64,000 nucleotides of DNA, taken from IMG/VR virus record IMGVR_UViG_3300032242_000723, positions 1-64,000 of that record. One strand, 5' to 3'. Positions 29,906 to 39,204 of this stretch are shown here, in pieces; positions within the stretch are counted from its first letter, which is position 1; each line of letters starts with the position of its first letter. Position numbers and translations under genes: made by a program. The notes under the pieces were generated by a model that was not told the DNA's origin, did not search any database, and saw only the letters and a program-made list of their open reading frames with translations.

Positions 29906-31609
29906 ATGAACGTTATAGCAGTATATCCAGGAAGATTTCACCCTTTTCACAAGGGCCATGCAGCTAGCTTTAAGCAGTTGGCAGAGAAGTTTGGCTTGAA
30001 GAATACATATCTTGCTATCTCATCTAAACAAGACCAACCAAAGAGTCCATTCTCAGCACAAGATCGTGCTAAAATGGCAACAGCCTTAGGTATTCCTCCA
30101 AAGAACATTATAGCAGTTAGTAATCCATACTCTGCAAATGAATATATCGCAAAGGTTGAAAATGACGGCGGCGATGTTAACAATACCGCATTGGTCTTTG
30201 GGGTAAGTAAGAAAGACATGGAGGGCGATCCTGCAATGGGAATCGCACCCGATCCTAGATTCTCATTCAAAAATAAAAAAGATGGTTCTGCTTCCTATAT
30301 GCAACCATACTCACAAAAAGCGATGCAAACACCTGCTCCTATGACAAAACATGGATACATAATGTCAACCGATGTTGCAGAGTTTCCTATTGCGGGCCAA
30401 ACTATGCGTGATGCAAGCGCGATTCGTCAGGCATATGCAGGTGCTGACATTAAGAAAAAGATGAAAATTCTTACTGACCTATATGGAGATAAAGCAGAAA
30501 CTATGAAACCTACATTTGATAATAACTTACAAATCACCGAGAATGTTCGCAGACTCGTTGCTGCTATCAAGCCAATGATCAGTGAAGCAACCCCTGCTCA
30601 AAAGGCAAAGTTCGTTCAACTGTTAAGCGAAGCTAAGCAGCGTCTTGATCCCGCATGCTGGTCAGGCAAGCATAAAGAAGGCACAAAGATGAAGGGAGGT
30701 CGTCGGGTCAACAACTGTGTATCTAATGAGAGCATTGAAGAATCTAATCCAAATCTACATCGTCGCTTTGATTCAAAAACACTAGACACTCTTTATCAAG
30801 CACAAGCATATGGCAGAGAAGTAGCTGATTTAAATAAGGCTAAAAAAGCAGAACGAGCTAAAGAGCGTGGGACCACAAACGCTCCGTCCATAGAGATAGC
30901 ATCAACTACGGTACCTGAAGCAGTTATCGATGGTTATATCAAAAATAGAAAAATAGGAACTGATTTCCTTCTTAGAAGGTTTGCAGGCAAGCAGACGGTA
31001 GAATTCCAAACTGAACTGGCTAATGACCCTGAATTCCAAGAATTAGTCGCTAATTTTTTCAACGTAGCAGCATCTAAAAAAGACAATGAGGTGTTTTCTA
31101 CCCGCTACTCAAACAAAGCATACCGAAGACACGCTACCGCAGATGAAAAATTAAATGAATTTGATGCAGTTGATAAGTTAGCAAAATTTGTTTTGAAGTA
31201 TATGAAAAAGTACGGTGTTGACAGAACAGGGCGTAGAGTACCTCTGAATTTTAAGTACAGCTTAGGTGAGGACCTAGAAAGCCGGACCTCAAATAATCCT
31301 CAAGGTATTCCTGAAAGCACAAAAAAGCCAACTCACAAGAATCGCAGAGATATGACTATCGTCCGTGATTTAGGCGACAACTATTATCTATCAAGAGATG
31401 AGCAAGAAGACGACGATAAGTCCTATGTTGATTACGCAGTTTGGACTAAGGTTCCAGATGCCGATGAGATGTACACTTTGGTTAACTTTGTCAATGTAAG
31501 ACCTCGTGCAACTCGTGAAATGTTTTATGACACAATCGATAAGATTATTGCAGCCGATAAAGCTGAAAATAATGTATCTGAAAGTAACGATTATCTACCA
31601 GAAAAATAA
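29906..31609 (+). CDS. HxGH (cytidylyl/adenylyl) transferase fused to xxE-bounded modules
   Basis: VYPGRFHPFHKGH N-terminus; then QITE|, MISE|, LLSE|, a CWSG...NNCV module and a C-terminal ESNDYLPEK. Confidence 0.75.
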   Translation: MNVIAVYPGRFHPFHKGHAASFKQLAEKFGLKNTYLAISSKQDQPKSPFSAQDRAKMATALGIPPKNIIAVSNPYSANEYIAKVENDGGDVNNTALVFGVSKKDMEGDPAMGIAPDPRFSFKNKKDGSASYMQPYSQKAMQTPAPMTKHGYIMSTDVAEFPIAGQTMRDASAIRQAYAGADIKKKMKILTDLYGDKAETMKPTFDNNLQITENVRRLVAAIKPMISEATPAQKAKFVQLLSEAKQRLDPACWSGKHKEGTKMKGGRRVNNCVSNESIEESNPNLHRRFDSKTLDTLYQAQAYGREVADLNKAKKAERAKERGTTNAPSIEIASTTVPEAVIDGYIKNRKIGTDFLLRRFAGKQTVEFQTELANDPEFQELVANFFNVAASKKDNEVFSTRYSNKAYRRHATADEKLNEFDAVDKLAKFVLKYMKKYGVDRTGRRVPLNFKYSLGEDLESRTSNNPQGIPESTKKPTHKNRRDMTIVRDLGDNYYLSRDEQEDDDKSYVDYAVWTKVPDADEMYTLVNFVNVRPRATREMFYDTIDKIIAADKAENNVSESNDYLPEK

Positions 31610-31617
31610 TTTCACCC

Positions 31618-31662
31618 CCTCTTCCTGATGTAAATATCTTTATAGCTTTACATCAGAAGAGG
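31618..31662 (+). promoter_or_regulatory. RBS-sequestering hairpin containing a late promoter
   Basis: CCTCTTCCTGATGTAAA / TTTACATCAGAAGAGG (16 bp, one bulge) covers the SD of 31668; TAAATA at 31631. Confidence 0.7.
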
Positions 31663-31667
31663 ACTTC

Positions 31668-32573
31668 ATGGCTAAGAAACCAAAGATTACAACTGCACCA
31701 AGTGGCGAAGAGCGTACTGTTCCCGTCGAAAAGATTCAAGAGATTGCTGATCAAGCAGCAGCAGAACAAAAACCACAAGAAGGTCAAATCCAAGTCAACG
31801 TTGACTTTCTAAAGACAACTAAGGTTCACATCGCAATGCCCTGCTATGGTGGCATGTTGACTGAATCTACATTCATGTCGTTCATCAAGTGGGCTAACAC
31901 TGCCCGTCAGTTAGGTATTGACTGGACGCTTGAAACCATGACCAATGAGAGCTTGATTAGCCGGGCACGTAATACGCTTACTGCGAAGTTTTTGGCAATG
32001 CCAGAAGCAACTCACTTGTTCTTCGTTGATGCCGATATCGGGTGGGAACCTTGGCACTTGCTCGTTCTACTAAATCGCGACGTTGATGTCATCGGTGGTC
32101 TTTATCCAATGAAGACAATGCCAATCAAGTGGGTCGTTAACGGATTTGAAGGTGCTGAAGAAGGCCCTGATGGTCTGCAAGAAGTGTCAAAAACTGGAAC
32201 TGGATTCTTGTTAATGAAGAAGCATGTTTTTGCAAAGCTCAACTCTCATCCGGCAGTTAAGCAATACAAGAACGATATCGGCTTAGACCCGATGTATGAT
32301 CAATACTTGAAGACATACTTTGATACAGCAGTACGTCAGAATCGTTATTACTCCGAGGATTGGACTTTTTGCGAAAACCATAGAGATTTAGGCGGCAAGA
32401 TTTATGTTGACAAGCGTGTTCTTCTACGTCACTCAGGTTCATATGTGTTCTGTCAGGAAAATCAACAACATCTCATGGACACGATTGGTCCAATGTATGT
32501 TGAGGCTGTTGCTGCCAAAGGTGCAGCAGATGCAGCCGCAGCAACAGCGGCAGAAACTCCCACTGCTGAATAA
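31668..32573 (+). CDS. GT-A fold glycosyltransferase-like protein
   Basis: VHIAMPCYGG, ESLISRARN, FFVDADIGW (DxD), GTGFLLM, SEDWTFC. Confidence 0.75.
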   Translation: MAKKPKITTAPSGEERTVPVEKIQEIADQAAAEQKPQEGQIQVNVDFLKTTKVHIAMPCYGGMLTESTFMSFIKWANTARQLGIDWTLETMTNESLISRARNTLTAKFLAMPEATHLFFVDADIGWEPWHLLVLLNRDVDVIGGLYPMKTMPIKWVVNGFEGAEEGPDGLQEVSKTGTGFLLMKKHVFAKLNSHPAVKQYKNDIGLDPMYDQYLKTYFDTAVRQNRYYSEDWTFCENHRDLGGKIYVDKRVLLRHSGSYVFCQENQQHLMDTIGPMYVEAVAAKGAADAAAATAAETPTAE

Positions 32574-32598
32574 TATACTAAGTTAATGAGTATGAGTC

Positions 32599-32625
32599 AA
32601 GCCCCGTAACTGGGGCTTTTCTTTT
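32599..32625 (+). terminator. Rho-independent terminator
   Basis: AAGCCCC-gtaact-GGGGCTT followed by TTCTTTT. Confidence 0.85.
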
Positions 32626-32675
32626 GTCCAAAAACCTCTATAGAGATAAATACACTATAACAATGGATTCCATCG

Positions 32676-34286
32676 ATGAAAATCAATGACATTTGCGAAA
32701 GCACTACATCAGGTTCAGTTGCAACAGTAGCACAACCAATGACCGGTGGACCACAAAGACGGTCTAATATCGGAACTGGTATCTATCCTGCTAAGCAAGG
32801 CGAAAACTTGTTGATTGGCAAAAAAACTAGTAAGAAGTATGCCAACTCAGTACGAGAAGCATTCGACCTTAAATTTCATGTAGTGCAACTGGCTAAAGAA
32901 CAACTTAATGAGTATTCAGTAAAGTTATTTGACCATTACAATATTAACAAGCATAACCAACGATTTAAACATTTATTGTTACAAATGCACAAGAATCATC
33001 CTATGTTAGAATCGACAGAAAGCGATGAAATTGAACACTTTGTTCAAACTATTGTGAGTTTAAATTCCAAAAAAACAGTTAAAGTTGGTGATATGTTTTC
33101 AGTATTGTCATTTATAATTAATCCAGTTTGGAAAGAAATTGAAGTTATCGGGTTTACGTCTCCTAAAGAAGTTAAAGAAATAAAATCACATTCAGATGGC
33201 TCGATAAATTATATTAGGTTTGCGGACAATGATCGATATCCACGCGTTCCTGTTGCGGCAGTAGGAAAGCACCCGACTCAGCATCCTGCATACTTCATTA
33301 ATGAAAAAGCCGCTGAACAAGCACTATTACGATTGAAATTAATATTACCTGAAACATGGGACATGGATATTAGTTCAGTTAACGATTCAAATTATAGATC
33401 AGGATTAGATGAGGATAACATGAAAATCAACGATATCTACGAAAGTAAGAGAATAAAAGAAGCACACCTAGACGAAGAAGAGTTGATCATTGTACCAGGT
33501 CAAGGTCATAACAAAAAGTCAGGCTTCATCCCGCATAAGGAAGATCGTCGCGATCATGAAGTTTCAATGGCTCGTAGTGATTTGTTCCAGGCAGCAAAGA
33601 ATGCGAAACAGACCTTTGAAATGCTTGAAGGTGTATCTGAAGATGAAGGCATCGAAGGCTGGGTCCAAGCCAAGATCACTAAAGCAGCAGACTATCTAGC
33701 CACTGTTCGTGAATATCTTGAGGGTAAACAAGTTCAAGGTATGGCAGAAGCAGGATCTAGGTCTTTCGGAGGCATTTCAACTGCAACATCAAGAGCGAAA
33801 CAAGCATCTATGTTTGTTCATGACCCAGATCGTGCAGCGACTAATTATAAAGCTAACAAGTATGATCCAGAAACTGGGCTAGGAGGATATGTTGCTCCAC
33901 ATGTTTACAATAAATCACAGGAATCAAACATTATGATTCAGTTAAATAAAAATCTTAATCCTAATAAAGCGTCACCACTGACCTTTAAGGACGAAAGTAC
34001 ACTAAGAATTACACCCAGGGTTGCACAAGAAGTATTAGATAAACTTAACGCAATGAAGCCTGTAGAAAAGCACGAAACAGTTAAAAATCTTATGATGTCA
34101 AAAGATAACTTTATCAACTTTGCAAAGGTAAAAACTGAAGGTGCTAAAGTTGATCGTATGGTCAAACATGTTGAGAAGTCTGAAGAAAAATCTGGCAAGT
34201 CAAAGAAAGAAGCTGAAAACATTGCATGGGCAACCTTGAATAAAAGAGGTTATCTAGACAATGCAAACCGCAAGAACAAAAAATAA
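32676..34286 (+). CDS. Modular putative capsid-internal polyprotein
   Basis: MKINDICE|S start, a second MKINDIYE|S at 33420, many xxE-bounded modules; GATAAATA at 32645. Confidence 0.7.
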   Translation: MKINDICESTTSGSVATVAQPMTGGPQRRSNIGTGIYPAKQGENLLIGKKTSKKYANSVREAFDLKFHVVQLAKEQLNEYSVKLFDHYNINKHNQRFKHLLLQMHKNHPMLESTESDEIEHFVQTIVSLNSKKTVKVGDMFSVLSFIINPVWKEIEVIGFTSPKEVKEIKSHSDGSINYIRFADNDRYPRVPVAAVGKHPTQHPAYFINEKAAEQALLRLKLILPETWDMDISSVNDSNYRSGLDEDNMKINDIYESKRIKEAHLDEEELIIVPGQGHNKKSGFIPHKEDRRDHEVSMARSDLFQAAKNAKQTFEMLEGVSEDEGIEGWVQAKITKAADYLATVREYLEGKQVQGMAEAGSRSFGGISTATSRAKQASMFVHDPDRAATNYKANKYDPETGLGGYVAPHVYNKSQESNIMIQLNKNLNPNKASPLTFKDESTLRITPRVAQEVLDKLNAMKPVEKHETVKNLMMSKDNFINFAKVKTEGAKVDRMVKHVEKSEEKSGKSKKEAENIAWATLNKRGYLDNANRKNKK

Positions 34287-34287
34287 G

Positions 34288-34911
34288 TTAAACTTTGTTT
34301 TTTCTAGCTTTACAGTTTGAACCATGCCATCTATGATATGATGCTAAGTTTTTTCCTTCTTTATCGCAAGTTTCGCATTTCCACAGTTGCATAAAGTTAT
34401 GTGTACCCTTCTCTATGCGGTCATTGTTAATAGTTGGTCCTAAAAAATGGTGTGACCCGTTTTCTACTCTTTTTTTGTTAATATCCGGACCGATGAAGTT
34501 GTGGGTCCCCTCAGAAATACGCTTTGCATTTGCTTTGCGTTGTATTTCGCCACTTAGTAAATGATGTTTGCCTTCAGCTACTAATCTTCTTTGTATTTCT
34601 CCACCTAATAAATGGTGTGTCCCGTTAGTTACTCTTTCTGTTTGGCTTTGTTTGGCCAGTTCTGATATTTCAGCAGGTGATAATGCCATTCTAGATGACA
34701 TTCTAAGACAAGCAGCATAGTCCCCGCGAGAATAGTGGATATCATAGTGTTCTTGAATAGTTACACACTTCAAGTTCATCGGATCATTATTTGAATGGTT
34801 ACCGTCTATATGATGGATTTCGTAACTACGATTATTGTCGTCTTTTGGAATAGGTCCATTGTGTTGTTCGTATATTCTACGATACTTGGTAGTGCCACAA
34901 TAAATACACAT
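34288..34911 (-). CDS. Free-standing HNH homing endonuclease (HEG5)
   Basis: True start MCIYCGT at 34911; YEIHHIDGNHSNNDPMNL; five G(T/K/S)HxF/L repeats; WKCETC...WHGSNC. Confidence 0.88.
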   Translation of the reverse strand: MCIYCGTTKYRRIYEQHNGPIPKDDNNRSYEIHHIDGNHSNNDPMNLKCVTIQEHYDIHYSRGDYAACLRMSSRMALSPAEISELAKQSQTERVTNGTHHLLGGEIQRRLVAEGKHHLLSGEIQRKANAKRISEGTHNFIGPDINKKRVENGSHHFLGPTINNDRIEKGTHNFMQLWKCETCDKEGKNLASYHRWHGSNCKARKNKV

Positions 34912-34977
34912 GCTGATTGCTCCTTTAAGCATTAGAGTAGTTGGGACGGCCATCCGCGAACTACATCTTTATTTATC
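34912..34977 (-). promoter_or_regulatory. Conserved HEG leader, copy 5
   Basis: GATAAATA AAGAT GTAGTT CGC GGAT ggcc GTCC C AACTAC TCTAA TGCT taaagg AGCA ATCAGC ATG. Confidence 0.85.
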
Positions 34978-35028
34978 ACCGTGACGATAAATACAGACAC
35001 AATAAGAATCATGTAAAGGGTAAGTAAT

Positions 35029-36861
35029 ATGAGTTCTATCCTCAGAGGAATACTACAAGAGAATAGCAAACGCACTGTAAAGAGTGTTGCCGATGAGATC
35101 GCAAGTTACATCGGAGATAGTCCTAGTGATTCTGCTATCGTTGATGCCGTTGAACATGAAGCAAAGATACATGGGTTCGATCCTTCAAAACTCTTTGATG
35201 CAGTATATGATCACTTTAGACATCACATTGATGAGAATCTTCATAAGTGGTTCAAAGAAAAATGGGTAAGATTTGGTCCTGATGGCAAGATTCGCGGTGA
35301 CTGTGCAAGAGGCAGTAGTAGCGAAGGTAAGCCTAAATGTTTGCCACAAGCAAAAGCACATTCTATCGGCAAAAAAGGTCGTAAGTATGCAGGTGCTAAA
35401 AAGCGTAGAGAAGATCCAAATCCAGATCGTTCGGGCCCTGCGAAGAATGTAGCCACTAAAAAGAAAACAAACGAAGATAAAAAGCCAGAGTTCATGAAGT
35501 CAGGCAACATGAAACCATTAACTGCGTCTGGTAAAGAAGTACCAGGTAGTGTTGCTAAACTAGAAAAACTACTGTTGAAGGCAAAAGAAAAAGGTATCAA
35601 GTTAGACGATTATGATACTATAAACGAGATTATGGAATTTGTTAGCAAAAAGCATCATATAACCGGAGATGAACTGCATAACCAATTTGTTGCTAAACAT
35701 CATATGATTCCAGACAAGTGGATAGCAAAACAAAAATTAGATGAAAAGTGGAGTGCGAAATACAAGAGTAGCATCAATTGCTCGCATCCAAAAGGCTTCA
35801 GTCAAAAGGCTCATTGTGCTGGCAAAAAGAAACACAATGAAAGCATAGAGATGGAGATGGTATGCGAAGATTGTGGTATGTGCGAAACTCACGGGGACCA
35901 TACTCGCGATACATTGGACGAGGCCTGCTGGAAAGGCTATCACAAAAAGGGTATGAAGACAATGTTTGGTAAGAAATATCCTAACTGTGTAAAGAATACT
36001 AACGAAGAGCAAGATGTAACAGAAGAAAAATGTCCAGAGTGCGGTGGTCCAATGTATCATGAATCAATGATCAATGAAAAGCAAGATGCTTGCTATCGTA
36101 AAGTGAAGTCACGCTATAAAGTCTGGCCAAGTGCTTATGCATCTGGTGCATTAGTTCAGTGCCGTAAAAAGGGTGCAGCAAACTGGGGCAACGGTGGAAA
36201 AAAAAATGAGAGTTCCATCATGAAGGGTCTTGTTGACGAAGCCGCGAATCCCGCTCAACAGGCTGCTATTGCTATCAATATGAAAAAGCACGGTAAGAAG
36301 CCAACGGATGTTGATGAGGCTAGACAAGAACAAGGCCAGCGTAGATATAAAGCAAAGCCTGCTGGTCAGCTTGACGAAGCCAGCATGTATGATGTCGTTG
36401 GTCCGTTGATTCGCGAGTTCAATCTTGAGCACGGTGGAAGTGAAAGATGGTCGCACATAGTGCCTCTTCATTCTGTGGCAAGCACAAAGCGTTGGAGACG
36501 AGGCGATGGTAGTTATTATACTGATCCAAACTCTATTGAGGCATTTGATCAAAGTAATCCTGAACAAAGACAACTACAAAGCGAGTTCTATGATTGGTTG
36601 ATTCAAAAGCCAGGAGTTAAAAACATTGGTGAGGTTAGTGGTGAGTTTAGGACAGATCGTTACGCAGAGGCTGCAAAATACAAGGGTGTGATCTTTGTAA
36701 AGCGTGGTTACGCTACACAATATTTCACTCCTAGCAAACTGCGTAACTCAAATGTTTGGGACAAAAAGAATGATAACAGTCTGAAAAAAGCTCCTAAACA
36801 ACAAAATACTACCTGGGAACCACTTAGTGATAGTTCTATCATGAAGGGCCTATCTAGATAA
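35029..36861 (+). CDS. Multi-module putative capsid-internal polyprotein
   Basis: About 12 xxE sites delimit short basic, Cys/His-containing modules; SSI(M/L)(K/R)G(L/I) motif occurs three times; GATAAATA at 34986. Confidence 0.7.
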   Translation: MSSILRGILQENSKRTVKSVADEIASYIGDSPSDSAIVDAVEHEAKIHGFDPSKLFDAVYDHFRHHIDENLHKWFKEKWVRFGPDGKIRGDCARGSSSEGKPKCLPQAKAHSIGKKGRKYAGAKKRREDPNPDRSGPAKNVATKKKTNEDKKPEFMKSGNMKPLTASGKEVPGSVAKLEKLLLKAKEKGIKLDDYDTINEIMEFVSKKHHITGDELHNQFVAKHHMIPDKWIAKQKLDEKWSAKYKSSINCSHPKGFSQKAHCAGKKKHNESIEMEMVCEDCGMCETHGDHTRDTLDEACWKGYHKKGMKTMFGKKYPNCVKNTNEEQDVTEEKCPECGGPMYHESMINEKQDACYRKVKSRYKVWPSAYASGALVQCRKKGAANWGNGGKKNESSIMKGLVDEAANPAQQAAIAINMKKHGKKPTDVDEARQEQGQRRYKAKPAGQLDEASMYDVVGPLIREFNLEHGGSERWSHIVPLHSVASTKRWRRGDGSYYTDPNSIEAFDQSNPEQRQLQSEFYDWLIQKPGVKNIGEVSGEFRTDRYAEAAKYKGVIFVKRGYATQYFTPSKLRNSNVWDKKNDNSLKKAPKQQNTTWEPLSDSSIMKGLSR

Positions 36862-38129
36862 TGAGATTCCGTGAGTTCCTGATAGAGTATAGTAGAGCCA
36901 AAACCGCTGAAATGGTTGGGGATAAACTCATCTTGGCCTTAGGTAATGAACGGCGTCCTCCTGTGAATCTAACAAGTATACGAGATTCAATAAAAATGGG
37001 CCCTAGCTGGTGGAACGCTGATCCTGATAGGATGAAGATTTGGACTGATGCTATTCTCGGTGCCATTGAAGATAAAGACCCAACCCCTAACAAGGCATAT
37101 ACTCCCTGGTTAGCAAGAATGTATGCCAAAGGTGGCCTCAAGCTGGAAGACATCAATCGCAATGACTTACTTGGTCTATATGACATTGCCAAAAAGCGTA
37201 GAATGCTTAAGCCAGAACACAATGACATCAACAGTTTCAAAACCTATAAAGATTTTGAAGATATGTTGCTAATCGGTGGTCATTATAACCTTGATGATAT
37301 CCAAAACAGTAATAAAAAAGAAGAAAAAGGCCAGGCATCTAAAGTATATGAAGACAGTGATGTAGTTGTTATTGTACCACAAGACGAAGCAGCCGCATGT
37401 CGTTATGGCCGTGGTACTCGTTGGTGTACTGCTTCTACAAGAGGTCAAAACTATTTTGACCATTATAATCGTCAGGGTAGAATGTATATCTTGCTCCCGA
37501 AAAACCCAGAACACGAAGGTGAGAAGTATCAACTTCACTTCCAATCACAACAGTATATGAACGAGGATGATGACCAGGTTAACTTAGTAAATCTAATCAG
37601 TAAGCGTTTTCCAAATCTTCTTGAGTTCTTTTTGGCTATACCAAACTCTGGTCTCAAAGGTGATCTTAGATTTACTGACCCAGAAGTTATCCAGGATGTA
37701 TTAGATAAGATAAGAGAAGTTGGCAATGACTGGATAAGTGAAAAGGTTAATGACGCGGAAGCCGATGATTACGACTATTACCACGAAATGGCTGAACGAT
37801 ACCCTGATCCTGATGAAGAAGGTAGTGTTGATTGGGATGCTGTTCATAAAGCAGGAGATGATTACCTGCAATATAATGATTATTTGAAAGAACTAGTAGA
37901 CGGGTTAACTACTGTATTAGAGACATCCGTAGATGATATAAAAGAATATGTCAATGACGAGCCCTTTGCCGGTCTTGACAGTTTTGAAATCAGAAATATC
38001 CCGAATATTATAGAAGAGATAGCATTATATAGTCACTATGGTTATAAGAAAAATACAATGTTCACTGAGTTCTTTAAACATCTTGATGTTGTTCGCAAAG
38101 GCGACGAATGGCAGGCAAGAGCAATATGA
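36861..38129 (+). CDS. PcfJ-like-domain protein with a capsid-targeting-like N-terminus
   Basis: MRFREFLIE|Y; YTPWLARMY; VIVPQDEAAACRYGRGTRWCTAS...YFDHY...KYQLHF. Confidence 0.6.
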   Translation: MRFREFLIEYSRAKTAEMVGDKLILALGNERRPPVNLTSIRDSIKMGPSWWNADPDRMKIWTDAILGAIEDKDPTPNKAYTPWLARMYAKGGLKLEDINRNDLLGLYDIAKKRRMLKPEHNDINSFKTYKDFEDMLLIGGHYNLDDIQNSNKKEEKGQASKVYEDSDVVVIVPQDEAAACRYGRGTRWCTASTRGQNYFDHYNRQGRMYILLPKNPEHEGEKYQLHFQSQQYMNEDDDQVNLVNLISKRFPNLLEFFLAIPNSGLKGDLRFTDPEVIQDVLDKIREVGNDWISEKVNDAEADDYDYYHEMAERYPDPDEEGSVDWDAVHKAGDDYLQYNDYLKELVDGLTTVLETSVDDIKEYVNDEPFAGLDSFEIRNIPNIIEEIALYSHYGYKKNTMFTEFFKHLDVVRKGDEWQARAI

Positions 38130-38968
38130 GAGCAAACGAGTTCATAACCGAGTCCACACCAACAAGACTTAAAGACCTATGCACAGTGAAGACTAACTTT
38201 CCGGATGCTGACTTCTGGCTACAACGCAATGGTAATGAGACTACAGTTGGTACACCAGTCAAGACATTCTCTCCAGACAACATTGGAATCAAAGTCACAG
38301 CCACCGAAGTATTAGATCCAAAATATCTATACTATATGATGATGCATATTCAAAACACAGGTTACTGGAAAGCAAGAGCAAAGGGGGCATTAAGCCTTGT
38401 TCATATCAAAGCAAGTGATGTTGCTAATATGTTAGTTGGTAGTAACTCAGTAGAAGAAAGCAGTGGTCTGCCTTCACCAGGTACATATGAACAAGAGTAT
38501 GGTCGTTTCCAGAGTAAAGGACCCAAGCGTCTTACTGCGATGACAAACGAGGCATTGGATTCTAAGCCATATGAGTACACTACTCAAATATCTGACGATT
38601 ACCATATGTATAAGTTCAATACTGATAATAACCTAAAATATGACACTTGCATATCTATAATAGGCGGCGAACGACAATCCGGAATTGAAGTTGAGTTCAA
38701 CCTGTTGATGGATGGCGACAGATATATTGGTATTCAAAACACGGGTGATGCTCGTAGAGTACTTGCTACTGTCATTGATATCATCAAGAAGTATGCTATT
38801 GAAAATAAGCCAAGATGGATTGCATTCACCGCTAGGGAGCGTAGTAGGATCCAACTATATGATGCATTGGTCAAGAGATTAGACAGAGAACTACCCGACT
38901 ATGAGTTAAAGTCAGATGTGATGCGATGGTCTGGTAAAAAATATATACTGAAACTGAAGGAAAAATAA
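38126..38968 (+). CDS. Modular putative capsid cargo; N-terminal module resembles a Type I HsdS TRD fragment
   Basis: MRANEFITE|S; LKDLCTVKT...VLDPKYLYYMM...G...LVHIK..DV; C-terminal TGDARRVLATV...IAFTA..RSRIQLY module. Confidence 0.55.
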   Translation: MRANEFITESTPTRLKDLCTVKTNFPDADFWLQRNGNETTVGTPVKTFSPDNIGIKVTATEVLDPKYLYYMMMHIQNTGYWKARAKGALSLVHIKASDVANMLVGSNSVEESSGLPSPGTYEQEYGRFQSKGPKRLTAMTNEALDSKPYEYTTQISDDYHMYKFNTDNNLKYDTCISIIGGERQSGIEVEFNLLMDGDRYIGIQNTGDARRVLATVIDIIKKYAIENKPRWIAFTARERSRIQLYDALVKRLDRELPDYELKSDVMRWSGKKYILKLKEK

Positions 38969-38970
38969 AA

Positions 38971-39204
38971 ATGAATCCATGGGTAGAAAAAGTTATGATA
39001 GCAATCATCCCGTTATTACTATCGGGAATCGTATACCTGTTTAGTACAGTTACATCACTTAAGTCTGATGTACAGTTGATACAATCTCAGTCAGCATTAG
39101 CAAGACTACAAATGAAGGTAGATTTAAGCAACGAAATAGCAACCAATAGAGAGCGTATCATAAGTTTAGAGGAACAGGTAAAAGAGCTACAATCTAAGCA
39201 ATGA
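38971..39204 (+). CDS. Small membrane-anchored coiled-coil protein
   Basis: N-terminal TM segment followed by a heptad-rich tail. Confidence 0.6.
   Translation: MNPWVEKVMIAIIPLLLSGIVYLFSTVTSLKSDVQLIQSQSALARLQMKVDLSNEIATNRERIISLEEQVKELQSKQ

Noticed and set aside
34912-34953. ORF-track N-terminal extensions of HEG5 (34953) and HEG6 (39817)
   Set aside because: They run through the conserved leader and SD; paralogues start at MCIYC.
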